A stretch of DNA of 64,000 nt from Yuukianura sp. NJ FZ-2021 (lineage: Eukaryota), in contig CM102287.1 in assembly GCA_046563655.1 (NCBI GenBank), positions 10,416,001-10,480,000 of the forward strand. Direction: 5' to 3'. This document shows positions 26,236 through 42,184 of the stretch, piece by piece. Every line of letters begins with the position of its first letter. Within the stretch, counting starts at the first letter, position 1. Under the pieces are notes generated by a model. The model made no database searches, was not told the DNA's origin, and saw only the letters and a program-made list of their open reading frames with translations. A program made the position numbers and the translations under genes.

Positions 26236-28591
26236 CACTCCACTCTCACTTTGACCTTTGACCTCTCCATTTTAAGTGACACAAGTTGCTGACTAAACTA
26301 AAAGTGAGGATAGAAGTGGAGAGATGTTATCAGCGTGAGTGTTGGTGACAAAGTGGGCAGAGTCTCCTTTCTCTGCGTGGGGAAAGCAGTGGAGGGGCGG
26401 AGTCTCCCTTGCCCCGCCCCCTCCCCAGTCCCACTTCCGATTATTCACATTTAGTGTCTCCATTTCAAGCCCTTCACTCTCCGCCTGTCACCTCTCCTCA
26501 GAATACCCGGGTAGCATGATACCCGGGTTTTCTAGACTGGAAGAGTGGAGTAATTGTGAATAATTGTGAATTGTAATTACTCGGTGTGCTTCTCCTGGAG
26601 CGAAGTCTCATGTTCAAATTGGATTTGGGTCCCTTTGTAATTAAAAAGAGCAAGAGGGGGCTGGAGGGGGCCCTTGGAAGTCCAGATGTGGAATGTGAGT
26701 TGTGTGGATGGAAAGTGGGTGTGACGATCATAAAAAATATGACCAAGTCCCCTCTTCCGATTCATTGATTCCTCATGAATCCTCGGAATGTCTTTTGGTG
26801 GGACATCCAAGGTGGGTGGGGCAGTGGACTTTCATTTTAAGCCACAGAGTCCCTTCAACACAAAAGTCATTGTGCTTCTACTCATTAGCATTGGGGTTTC
26901 AATTGATCAACCCCAACATTTATTACACAATGGGACGTCTAATGGATTTAGGCAAAAGAACCACCACAAAACAGAGGTCACGAGGTCACTTCTAAATAGT
27001 TCCTTTGCTCAATTTCAACAATAGTTGAAATTTATTAGGAAAATGACATGGTCATAAAAGCAAAATTGGGAGGAGTTTTAGTTCGAACGGCGTCCAGACA
27101 CTGCAACTTTTTCTATTTTTCATTTTTTGATTTTTATTTTTCATTTCCTCCTTTCTTCTTTCTTTTTACAAAATTAAACTGAAATGCTCAAACTTAAACT
27201 GAAATGGTAAAAATTTATACTGAAATGTTAAAAATGTAAATGTTGAATTTTAGAAATGAAGCAGAGATGGTGTAAGTTTGGGTGTTGAGTGGAGTGATTT
27301 GTGATTGGAGTCGTTTGCGGTTGGTGTTTGAAGTGGAGTGTTGATTGTTCTCTTTTTTCGTGGTTGAGTGGCTTTTTATTTTTGGCTTGGAACAGAAGTG
27401 TGCTGTTCCTTCCAGTACTCCAAGATCATGTCGGACACGCCGATTAATTTGTTGAGTAATGTGGCGAAACGAGAGAGTCTAAGTGGGGAATACTCATTTA
27501 CACTCCAAATTACACACATTCTACCAAGGAACAGAGACTTTCTCTTCGGAATGACCTCTGACCCAGCCACAACTTACTTCCTATTTGATGCCTCATTGCA
27601 CTTTCTCCACAACGACTTCCTTCCAAAACAGTAGAGTGATTTAGCATGGACTTTGTTTCTTTCAACATGTGGAGCACACCATGAGTTTCACTTTTCCTCC
27701 GAACTGTCACACTGTCACACCACAATGAAGATCCATTTAAAAAGAAATCTCCGGAGCGAGAAGCGGGGGATGAAGGTTGTGATTTGGCGTTAAATGGGTC
27801 AGATTAAGTGAAAGCGAGAGGAGGGAGTAACTATGACTTTTAATTAGCCCCACAATGGATTCCCTAATAGGTCCAAAGTGCTTATGCAAATGACCCACAA
27901 GACATGACATTTCCATCCAGAGGTGACAGCCACAGCCCCACCCCTGACTGACAGGCGGAACACTTCCACCTCAACACGCTCAAACTTGGACTTTCTCCAA
28001 ATCACAACTCAAACACAAAACCAATTTATTCAACACCAAAGCTCAAACACAAATGCATCAACAGAACAAAACTCAATTTACTTTTCAACTTTTACACTTA
28101 ACTCAATTTTACTTTTTAATACATCACTAATTCTGCGTTAATTTCTAAATCTACAAACGATTTCACTTTGATCATGCTAATTCATGATGCATTACTATAA
28201 AAACTAAAATAATTTTTGCTTCACTAAAATTTAAAAAAAATTTGCTTTCTTTTTGCTAAAGTTTCACACCACTACAATAAAATCAGTCACATAACTACGC
28301 TTATTTTTTGAAAAATCACTATTTCAAGATGTAATTATTTTCAGGCGGCGTTGAGCTAAACTAAAATTTAATTAAATGAAAATAAAAGTCCAGCGTTGTA
28401 AAATATTTCTTTTGAGGTGGGTTTCAACTTCATATTTTGAAAATTAGAATTGGATGATCGTGGGTCATTTTGGTTTGATTTTTTCGTTGGTGGGTGTGGA
28501 ATCCTGTTTTGTTTTTGGCTTTGGAACCCACCAACTCATGTCAACGAAGACAGTTTACATTTTTGAATGGAGGGCCATTGGCTACGCTTGT

Positions 28592-29680
28592 CTAAGTCTC
28601 CCCGAAATCAAAATTGTAGATGAGGTCAGAGAGGCACTTGAAGGCAGAAGACTTCCGACCCTTACGCACAACGTCACACTCCGCTCGAACAGCAGCAGGC
28701 AACACACAGCAAGAAACACTCGTAGAGAGCCACCCACCCTTCGGCCCCACCTTCTCCTCCAGCGTCTTGAGCCACCCTCCATCCAGAGCCAAAGTCACAT
28801 GCTCATGCACTTCCTTCAATACAGAGTTGCCCCACATGTCATAGTCCAACTGCCGAGTGGTGGGGCTGTGAAGGCGGAAGGAAGGAATGAGTCCCACCGC
28901 AACTCCCACCAGAACCCACCCAACTGCTAAAAGGCCAAAGGTCACTCCAAAAGCCACTTTCCGTCCCAACTGCGTCCATTCGTAGTGGGTCAACTCAAAG
29001 TCAACGTACTTGGATAAAAAGCGACTGAAGAGGGTGGGTTCTGATATGGGTGGGGCATTTGGTGGGGCAGCCAAGGAAGAGTCCCACTCGGAGTCACTTC
29101 GCTGGAACTGAACTCCTTCTTGGCCAGAACGAGAAGGAAACTGACCATGACGAGGAATGAGACGACGATTGGGGCCGTACATTTCCCATGCAGAGGTCAT
29201 TGACCTCTCCAACGGAGTCAACGAGGTGAATAACTTTTCTTTTGAAATTTCAAAATTTTCGACATTTTGAAACTTTTTAGAACCAAATTTGTTTGATCCA
29301 ACGACAAACCGATTTGGTTTTGAAATTTGATTTTTCCTCTCCACTTGCTTGAATTTGGTTTTGATTTGTGTTTTTTCCAAACGAGTTTTGTTTTGGTTGA
29401 TCCCTTGAAGTGTCTCGTTTAGAGGGGTTGAGTAGACGAATGATCTGCGTTTCCTGCGGGGACCCTTGAAGGGCTCTGTGATTGTTCCTGGCAGCAGCAC
29501 TTCTCTCGTGTCACTTTCATCCTCACCCAACTCCCGATTCCTGAAGGCCCTGAAGTCACCCGGCCCTTGCTCCTTCATCCGAATTTCGGACTTGATTTGT
29601 GTGCATGTGCAGTTGGTGGGGTAAGAATTTGTAGTAAAGATAGACAGAAAGAGAAGAAGGGATCCAAGGGCCCCCTTCAT
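28592..29680 (-). CDS. Single-ORF protein with signal peptide, RRKRR site, transmembrane helix and Cys-containing C-terminus
   Basis: 362-aa ORF with N-terminal MKGALGSLLLFLSIFTTNS and TM VAFGVTFGLLAVGWVLVGVAVGLI. Confidence 0.7.
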   Translation of the reverse strand: MKGALGSLLLFLSIFTTNSYPTNCTCTQIKSEIRMKEQGPGDFRAFRNRELGEDESDTREVLLPGTITEPFKGPRRKRRSFVYSTPLNETLQGINQNKTRLEKTQIKTKFKQVERKNQISKPNRFVVGSNKFGSKKFQNVENFEISKEKLFTSLTPLERSMTSAWEMYGPNRRLIPRHGQFPSRSGQEGVQFQRSDSEWDSSLAAPPNAPPISEPTLFSRFLSKYVDFELTHYEWTQLGRKVAFGVTFGLLAVGWVLVGVAVGLIPSFRLHSPTTRQLDYDMWGNSVLKEVHEHVTLALDGGWLKTLEEKVGPKGGWLSTSVSCCVLPAAVRAECDVVRKGRKSSAFKCLSDLIYNFDFGET

Positions 29681-30238
29681 TTCTCACTTTTCAAGGGACT
29701 CTGCCTGGGGACTTCAACATCAGAATCCAATGACCCACTTACAAGCAGGATTCAAAATTAGTAACAAAATGAGCACACTCAGTTTCAAAAGTTATTTCTA
29801 AAAATTTAGAATTCTGCACTTTCACTTGAGTCAAAATTCCAAACTGGACTTTCTCCAATCACAGCAAGATCTCAGTTATTTGAGTTTAATTTAAATAACT
29901 TTGTTAGTTTCTTTTTAATTACTATAAATATAAAATTGATAAATAAAGTCACAAGGAGTAATAAATATGTTGAAATTGAAAGTCCTGGTTAGAGTTGTTG
30001 TGTGTTGAAAATGCAGAGTGAAACTGAGCCCTTAAGGCTCCTTCTCTGAGGGCCCTTCATAATGACCTCCTTCAGGGCCATAACAAGGCCACAAACTCAA
30101 GGGAGCGTCCAAGGGAGAAGTGTCTACAGAAAGATTAAGTCAAAGGAATTCGAAGTCGTTTGAACAGTTCATCAGTCCAAGATTTGTTCAAAAGTCAGAG
30201 GTCAGAGGTCACAGAGGTCATTTGTGGAGGTCAAGAGG

Positions 30239-31274
30239 TCACGCTGTTTTGAAGAACGGGACCCACTTGGAAATGTAGTCAAACTGACGTTTCATGCGAC
30301 ACTTCAAAAGTCCACAACTTCCTTCTGAAGCAAATTGAAGTGAACGCCCCAATCGCTTCAAAGTCAAATTTTCAAAACTTTCCAATTTCCTAAAACACAA
30401 AAATTTTTGAAAATCAAAAATCAAGAAATTCAAAAAATCTTGTTTTTGTTCATAAAATTTCTCTTTTTTTAAATCTTACGCTTGAAGTAAAGTAAGAATT
30501 GGAGGGTGGAATGCTGCTGCTCTGCCGACTTGACATGCTGCTTTCTCCAAGCACTGGTCTTGAGTAGGAAGGGCGTAGAGGAAGCGAGCAGTTCCCTCGA
30601 GGTGGGTCAGAGCTTGCCCCACCTGGCCCCACTTCCGCCCCACCGCCTCTGGACCCAGGTTGATTTTGAGCACAGGAATGAAGTAGATGAGGAGGAAGAT
30701 GAAGATGAGCGGGGTCAAGACGAAAGGGAGGAAGATGATGGCAACGCCTGCTTTGGCAATCCAACTCAACGAACTGATCCCACCAATCACTGCAGCCACC
30801 GGATCCACCTTCGCCTCTGCCACGGGCCCAGTTTCATCTAAACAGTTTACACAAATTGGGAAATATTTAAAAACCAAAGTATCAAAATATTTCATTTTTA
30901 AAATTTCTTGTAAAGATTAAACGCCATTAGAAAATGAAATTATTTTCTCCATGCAATTCATTTTTTTCGAATAAATAAATCAGGGAGAAAGTTCCTAATT
31001 TTTCAAACGGCATTGAAATTAATTTCCCAAAATTGAAATTTTGACTTTTTAAAAGTTACATTTTAGCTGTTTGACTTTTAACTTTAGGTTTAACTGTTTA
31101 ACTTTGATTTGGTTTTGAATAGAATGTATTCGTACGTTGTTGGAAGTTGTTCCAGACTTGGTAAGGACTGTGTTTCTCCTGGACGTAGTTTTCTTCATCT
31201 GAGAGAAAGAGGCGACCTTTGACCTCTGATGCCCGGACTGCAGAGCAGACGAGGAGGAGGAGGAGGAGACGCAT
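30239..31274 (-). CDS. Signal-peptide + TM protein with C-x5-C...C-x4-C motif (DM4/DM12-like, tentative)
   Basis: Exons 31274-31136, 30837-30480 and 30389-30239 are phase-compatible. Contains MRLLLLLLVCSAVRA, a long hydrophobic helix, and CLEKAACQVG...CGLLKC. Confidence 0.7.
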
Positions 31275-32712
31275 GTTGACTGATGTGGAGAAGTGGTGGG
31301 TGCTTGTGTTTTTATGGAGTAGAAGTGGATTAATGGCAGGGAGTGCTAATTGGTCTCCTTCCCTCCAATGACACCCACTTAACACCTCGCTCCCATCCAA
31401 CACTATTTTGAGACTTGACCCTCACTTTCTCCAATCACTTCCAACCTTAGCTACTTCTTCACCAGCTCTTCCAAACATTTACATTCCAATTCATGACTAA
31501 TGCCCCACAACTTCTAACGAGTCAACAGGATCCGAATCAAAAGCATCAAAAGTCAAAAATTGAAAGTTCATAAAAATAGCGTACATTAGAAGACGAATAT
31601 CTGCAGAACGGGACGCTATTAAAGGCTAATTCCTTCACAGCTGGATTCAGAATACTCTAAAATATATTTTTAAATGTTGGACTTAGCGCTGGAAGCGTCA
31701 AAATCGCTGGAAACTTTGAATTTTTTGAATTTTGCAAAGTGCGGAAATGAAAGAGAAAAGAAAAGAGAGGAAAAAGTTGGGAGAAAAAAGTGACCCTTTT
31801 TGGCTCTTTTTCACCCAAACTTTTTGTACCTGGGATTTGCTCTGCTTTCTCCCACACGCCACTCCACTTTAACTCATCAACTTCAACACTTAATCCCAAC
31901 TTAATTAACACTAATTAATTAACAAAACACATCTACATTTCTCAAAATGTCTTTTTCCAAAATAGACCAAGAGAATAAACACATAGACGAATAGAGCTCA
32001 TGTTTTTACTGTTTTCAGAAGAGACAGAAGAAAGATGCGTTTTTATTTTAAGATTTTGACAACGAAAGAGGGGGTCTACAAGAGGTCAATTGGAATCCAA
32101 TCAAAAGTGAAAGCAGAGGAACAGACAGTCTCCAGCACCATAATCAACCTACAAAAAACACAAATTACTTCAAAATTCAAAAGTTTTGAATTGTTTGAAA
32201 TTGAAATGAATTGAAATTCTTGCCAGTATGATGAACAAAGTTGCGATGTAAGCGGAGAAGAGTGCAGGTGACCGCAGAGGTCAGAGAAAGAAGTTGACCT
32301 GTGTGGTGACCTGAAGTAAGGAACCTCAGGCAACTCCGTCCTCCTGTCCCGTGTGTATTTATACTTTGGGAAGTAATCAGGAGAGACAAAGTGTTAATTG
32401 ACACAATTAATTAACACACCGCAATCATTCAATTCCTCACAAATTCCCCTGTTCCTCCAACCACAAAAACCCCAATCTCAATTGACCTCCCCACACCTAC
32501 GAACCTACCGTGTCAACGTCAATCAAACTTCGACAAAGCATTCACCGCAACAACACCACACTCCACACGCTTACAATTTACAAATTTCAATATTTTATTC
32601 AACACAAGTCCAAAATTTAAAGAAATCAAGTCAGTTCTTGAGCGTTTCATTTGCAGAGCTACAGAAATCAGAAAACAGGAATTAAAATTTCGGAAATTTT
32701 AGATTTTAGCTT

Positions 32713-33278
32713 TCACTTTGTGACCTGCGTAATTGCCTGCGTTCCACACTTGATCATGGGGTCATAAGACCTGCAGAATTCATCCTTGTTGTCCAGCCCC
32801 TCTGGAAACACAAACTCAATCACAAATCAATTACTAATTCATGAATTAAGAATTCAAAATGTACGTGTGAACTCTTTGCAAGGCGTTAGCAGAGTCTCTG
32901 CCTTTTTGAACATTCCTTCCGGCAGAGTTTCTTTGAGCATCTTCACAGAAGTTTCGATATCCACGTTCCCATTCGCATCCAGCAGCCCCACTTTCTAAAA
33001 TTCCAAAAACAATTAATATAAGAAGCAAAATTTAGAACAAAGTTTGAACTTTGAAAAGTGGAACTGACCGCCATGACGCACTTCATGATGCAAGAGTTCT
33101 TCTGCTTCTTCTCCTTCGCATCTTTGAACTTGAATGAAGCAGTGCAGTCGTTGAGCGTCTTGAGATGTTCCTTCATCAGTTTCATGGAAACTTGTTTGCA
33201 CTCTTCCTTAAAGTCCTTGTCCTGGCATTCTACCCCAAGCACCACCATCAACAATCCAAATAAACTCAAAAGTCGCAT
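32713..33278 (-). CDS. Classic odorant-binding protein (PBP/GOBP fold)
   Basis: Exons 33278-33069, 32994-32865, 32801-32713. Signal peptide; Cys spacing C1-x17-C2-x3-C3-x41-C4-x13-C5-x8-C6; GLLDANGNVD after C3. TATA-like element at ~33344-33349. Confidence 0.85.
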
Positions 33279-33604
33279 CACAAACTCATCCAAGGTCAAA
33301 GGGCAAAATGTGACTCAAAAAGAATCCACTTCCACTCGTCTCCTTTATAAGGAAACAATTCCAGAAACAAACAATACCAAAATCATCCAAGCCCAGTGAT
33401 TAAACTTTCCAAACGACCGGAAGTGAGCGGATAAAGAGATGGTTGTGATTTAATCTGCGTCGATCCATGAAATTTAGTTTTTGTTTGGAGTAGTTTAAAG
33501 TGTTAATTACGCGTTATGGGAGAGAGGCTAACAATTCCATCCAGCACATCCTCTCACGAACTCTTCACTTGTTGCAGCACTTGAGATCTTTCCTTGCGGA
33601 GGGG

Positions 33605-37116
<3,512 letters not shown>

Positions 37117-38378
37117 CCTCTTGTCCCAGATTGTCCTTCCTTCTCAAACTGATCTTGTGTTCAATTAGTGGATGATTCAGAAGCGATTAGCTGATTGAAG
37201 GGATGATTTGTAGAATAGACAGAAAAGATAGGGATGCGATTTCCCTGACGTACTGTAAACGACTGACTCAACGAATGGACCAACTGCCCAAAACGAAACC
37301 ACTTTTAATTTGGAATTGGGATTTAATTTTTATGAACAAATCACAAACAGGAAGGAATCTCTCACCTCTAAAGTTCAATTTCTTTTTTGCACAATGTTCA
37401 GAAGGGGTTGGGTGGCAGAGGGATCCAAGTTATTTCAAAACACCTCTGCGCATGCCCTTTGTCTTCAAAATAAACACAAATGTGCAAAACAGAAAGCGCG
37501 GGAAACTAATCCACCGGTATAAAACACTTACTACCGTACCAGAAACCGATACACATTTCAATCAAATATTTCGCAAGAAAACTAAAGTTAACACTAAACA
37601 TTATACTTTTATTTTAATTCAAAAAATTTCCCATGTCTGCAAACGCTTTATCTTTGCTTTGAAATTTCACAGAGTTTTATAAAGTAAAACGGATCGTTCT
37701 CCGCTTTTATTAAAAAGCTCAAATAAATTCGAGTACCAATTACCGATTAGCCGCCTCTTTGCTAGACGACTGTGCTCTGAATTGCAAACGAAGACACAAA
37801 ACCTGCAACAACCCATCATAATAATTAATTGTGATTTATTGAAACTAACTAAATTGAAGTGGAATAATTATTATTTTTAGTTTAATTTACAGAAGTTAGT
37901 TACACACACAATGTACGTTAGCTTTTACATTTTTGAATGACACTTTGGGAAAAAGTGATTGATAGTTTGAAGACGCATGTTTTGAGTGTTGGTGGTGAGA
38001 GTTGGCGCCATAGAATCCCTCCTATGCTTTTATATAAAGTAAGTTATGGTGTATAGAGTAATGTCAGAGGTTGATGGGACTCATATACCCCATAGCCATA
38101 GCTTTTTAAACATCTCCCAATCTCATCTCACACTTAACCCAATTAATTAATCAAACACTTTAATTAATCGTTTCATCTTCACCAATTACCACAACCAACA
38201 TCAACATCTCTTCTCTCCTCATTCATCTCAAACAGTAAGAAAATCAACCTTCGTCCTTTCTTTGACGTTCCTCTAGAATCTTCTCGAATCTCGAATGATA
38301 ATTTTTACGGTTGTTTTTAGGTAAAGTGAAGGGAAGCGGAGAGCAGTCATTCTTAAAATCAAGGAGCAAAGTCAACCA

Positions 38379-41181
38379 ATGAAATTACGGAAGACGCACG
38401 CAGTGAGAGTGTCTCCACGACTGGCCAAGAACAAAGTATTGACATCCACTCTGCACAAATCCAAGTCAACAGAGGGCAAACCCCGACTCCGAACTTCCTT
38501 ACGCCTCAGATCCATCCCTCCGAATGTCAACTCCACTAGCGCCAAACGAACAGTTCTTCCAAGGGTCAGAGCTCTCAACAACGGAGGGAAGAAACTACGT
38601 CTTGCCAAGGAGAAGGTTGCAAGCGAAACGCCGCACAAGGTCCTCCGATCTCGAAATCTCAACGCAAATGTAGGAACTGACACAAGTACTCGATCTGGTA
38701 GCAAGGATTGCTCTATCTCCCGGGATACAAAGAAGCCGCCCAAGTCATCTCCCAAAGTACTTCCAGTACCTGTCAACACGAATGAAATTGGAAATTCCCA
38801 CACTGTGGATCCCACCGAACTTCACAGCACAGATACAGCTACTTCCTCTCATCATTTGAGGGTAACTCTGACAGAAGAATCAACGGTAACTCTTTCTCAA
38901 AGTCCGCTGGACACTAATCACGATCAACAGCCAACACCTTTGGAATCTGAAGCAGAAGCAAAGATCCACAGTGAAGACGAATCGTCAGAACCACAACCAA
39001 TTCCGACCGTGATCAACAGCCCCGTAGTGTATGACGATCCTCATGCAATTGACCTGGCAGCTTATGAGGAATTTGACTTCCTGCAAGAGGATGAGGAGTA
39101 CTGTCCGAATGGAGTATTCGACTCTTGTTCAAGTTCCAAAGGAATCTTTGGAACTGAAGAATGGATTTCAGAGGGAGTTGTTGCGTGCTCCAGTAGCTCC
39201 AGTTCCTACAGACATCTAAGTCCAGTCCTAACTTTGAGTCCGAACTGCTGTTATGGTGCTGAGTACAATCAACTAATGCCTTCTACTTCCTACATCTACA
39301 ATCAATCCAGCAACAACGTGGAAATTGTGCCTTCAAACCATCCCCATTTGTACCCCCAGATGCAAGGGGGGCAGAGTCAAGGTCAAGTGGAGAGTCAGGA
39401 ATCAGCGTCTCCCACGTCCTTCTTCACGCTCGGAACAGAGGCCAACGACGCCCTTCTCTCTTCACCAATCTACTCCGCTTACACTTCAAGTAACAAACAT
39501 TTCAGTTCATATTTTACATTTTATTCATACTATTTCACAATTTTACAGTTTGTTTACATTAGTCCTTCCAGGCTGGGAGTTCCAGCGTTGGTCAGTTTTT
39601 TGCGGGGATAAATGAATGGACGAATTTGGGGCATCATTGAACTTGAATTTTGGTACAGTTGGGGCATGAGAGAACGACGGATAACCTCTGACCTCAATTT
39701 GGAAAACAAGCGACAACTGTGACGACTTGGAATGAGGGCGGGAGTGTTTCTAATGCATTTCCTCAAGTTCAAAGGGCGCTTGGCGGAGGTTATCCTGCGT
39801 TCGCTCCCATTTGTTGCGAAAACAGAGAGAGAAATGGGTTATTTGCCTGTTTTGAAGCTGTGTTGCGTCACAGTTGCGCACATGTCTATAGACATGTGTC
39901 TAAACTGATTGTGGACACTACTGGAAGGAAGAGTTAGTTTGAGCAGTGCTCCCAATCAGTTGAGACGTATCCCTTATGACTATGGCGACTTAATGTGTTG
40001 GACACTGATCATTTGAACTGAAGTGAGTCTAATTGTGTGTGCTATGGGTTATGTAGATGGGACGAGTGAGCTGTACTACGACGACTACTGGGACCTCAAT
40101 CCCTTCCACTTCATCAAGCACCTTCCTCCTTTGACGGAGGAAATGAAGGCCCGAGTGCCCGTTCTTCCTCTCAAAACGCGCAGTTCTCCCAAGTACAGCT
40201 TGGTTCTGGATCTGGATGAGACGCTGGTCCACTGCAGTTTGCAGGAAATGAACGACGCTGCCTTCTCCTTCCCCGTCAACTGCCAGGAATGCACTTACCA
40301 GGTACACTTTACGTATTTTCAAAATTGTTAATTCAGATTACAAAAACAGTGCTGGGAAACTGAGGTTTGAGTCGCAGGAGAACGGAAGATAAAGTTATAC
40401 AGTAACATTTTGATAAATCTTTGTGAAGAGGAGGTTAGAGGTGCTGATAGTTGGGTGTGTCACAATATTTCGTCAACTGGAGGCTCGTGAGATGCGATGA
40501 CGTGATGAAATTGACTTTGTTTACTTTGTTTTTAGGTTTATGGTCGTACGAGACCCTACTTTCGTGAATTTCTGGACAAAGTGGCTCGGATGTTTGAAGT
40601 GATTCTGTTCACGGCCTCCAAGAAAGTATACGCAAACAAAATCCTGGACTTGCTCGACCCAGAACGCAAACTCATCAAGTAATTAGCCAATTTCAACACT
40701 AACTTTCACTTGTGGATTAGTTTCTAATTGTGACTTGTTTAGATACCGGTTGTTTCGAGAGCACTGCCTTTGCATCAATGGAAAGTACATCAAGGACCTC
40801 AGCATCCTCGGGAGGGATCTCTCCAAAGTCATTATGGTCGACAACTCCGTTCAGGCATTTGGCTACCAAGTAACACCCAGTTCTCACTTTTTAGTGGTTT
40901 TAGTACTTTTTAATACTTTTTTGGACACTCCAATTCTGTTTTGAATTTAGTTGGAGAATGGGATTCCGATAGAGAGTTGGTTTGTGGATCAGAATGATGA
41001 TGAGCTCATGAAATTAGTCCCCTTCCTCGAGAGTTTGGTACACATGGTAAGTTCATATTCCAATTCACTTTTAAATTCCAACCAATCACGAAGTAATTTC
41101 AACCGATTTTTGTAGAATGAAGACGTGCGGCCTCATATTCGTGATAAATTCAAGCTCTTCTCCAACCTCCCTCCCGATTAA
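38379..41181 (+). CDS. CTDSPL2: CTD small phosphatase-like 2 (SCP4), HAD family
   Basis: [14 protein letters not shown] catalytic motif, [20 protein letters not shown]...[14 protein letters not shown] and C-terminal [13 protein letters not shown]. Exons 38379-39489, 40058-40301, 40537-40678, 40743-40869, 40951-41046, 41117-41181. Confidence 0.93.
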
Positions 41182-42184
41182 ATCTCTTCCGCCGATAGTT
41201 GCTAAAAGACAAAGTTCGGAAGACAGTCTGAAAGATGAAGTTGTGGAGGAACTTTTTAATGGATGGAGAATTGCAGCTCTGGATTGCTGGAACCCTGGTT
41301 TGGTTGTGCATGACGCAGAATGCTTCTGACTTTGGAACAGTGTTCTCCGATGGACCTTCCCTTTTGTAATACGTGAGTGTTCGTTGGAAATGAATTTTTA
41401 TGACTCATTTTACTTGTACTCGAGTAGCTTTAAGTCTTCGCAGAACTCGTAACTGTTAATTAACTTTAGAAAGAACAAAATGCAATTGAACACTATAATA
41501 GACTAGGAAGTAGGTTAAAGACTAGAAGTTTTCCAGTTGTTGGCTACTTGGTTGTGGTGTTTGTTGGAACTGAAGAGTCTTAAGTGTGGACTGGCTGTGA
41601 TCTGGAGGTGGATTACATAGGACTATATAAGGAGTGTGCACATATTTAATTACATGTCATTTAAGAGCCATTGTGTATTAATTCATTCATACATTTTTAA
41701 TGATTTAGTTGTCACTTTGATTAGAAGAGAGTTTGTGCTAACTCTGAGATTGACAGGCTCTATTTTGTTATTTTAAAACATAAAGTATAACTTAAATGGG
41801 TGTAGTTAGGATATAATTTGATGTTGAATTTAAATGAATTAAATGAAAGTGTATACTTCCGATGGCATTTGAAGTAGGTCAAGGTGGTTGACCTCTCAAG
41901 TGTAGTTAAATTGTTAAGTTTCTGCATAATGTATTAGATTGGAGTGGTCAGGTGATAGGTGAGTCATATGATAGAAAGCACTTAGCGTGAGGTGTGAAAG
42001 CACTTGGATGATGCAATGCGTCGTCCAATGGGAGCTCTCCATTTCTGCAAAACGTCGTCTTCGTGTCGATTTGTGTATTGAGGTCAGAGGGGGGCGGAGC
42101 TTAGGGACTCTGTTGCCAACTGACCACCCACCCAACCCCTCCACTTCCACTCTCACCTAATAAATGCACTTTATCTCTCCTCAA

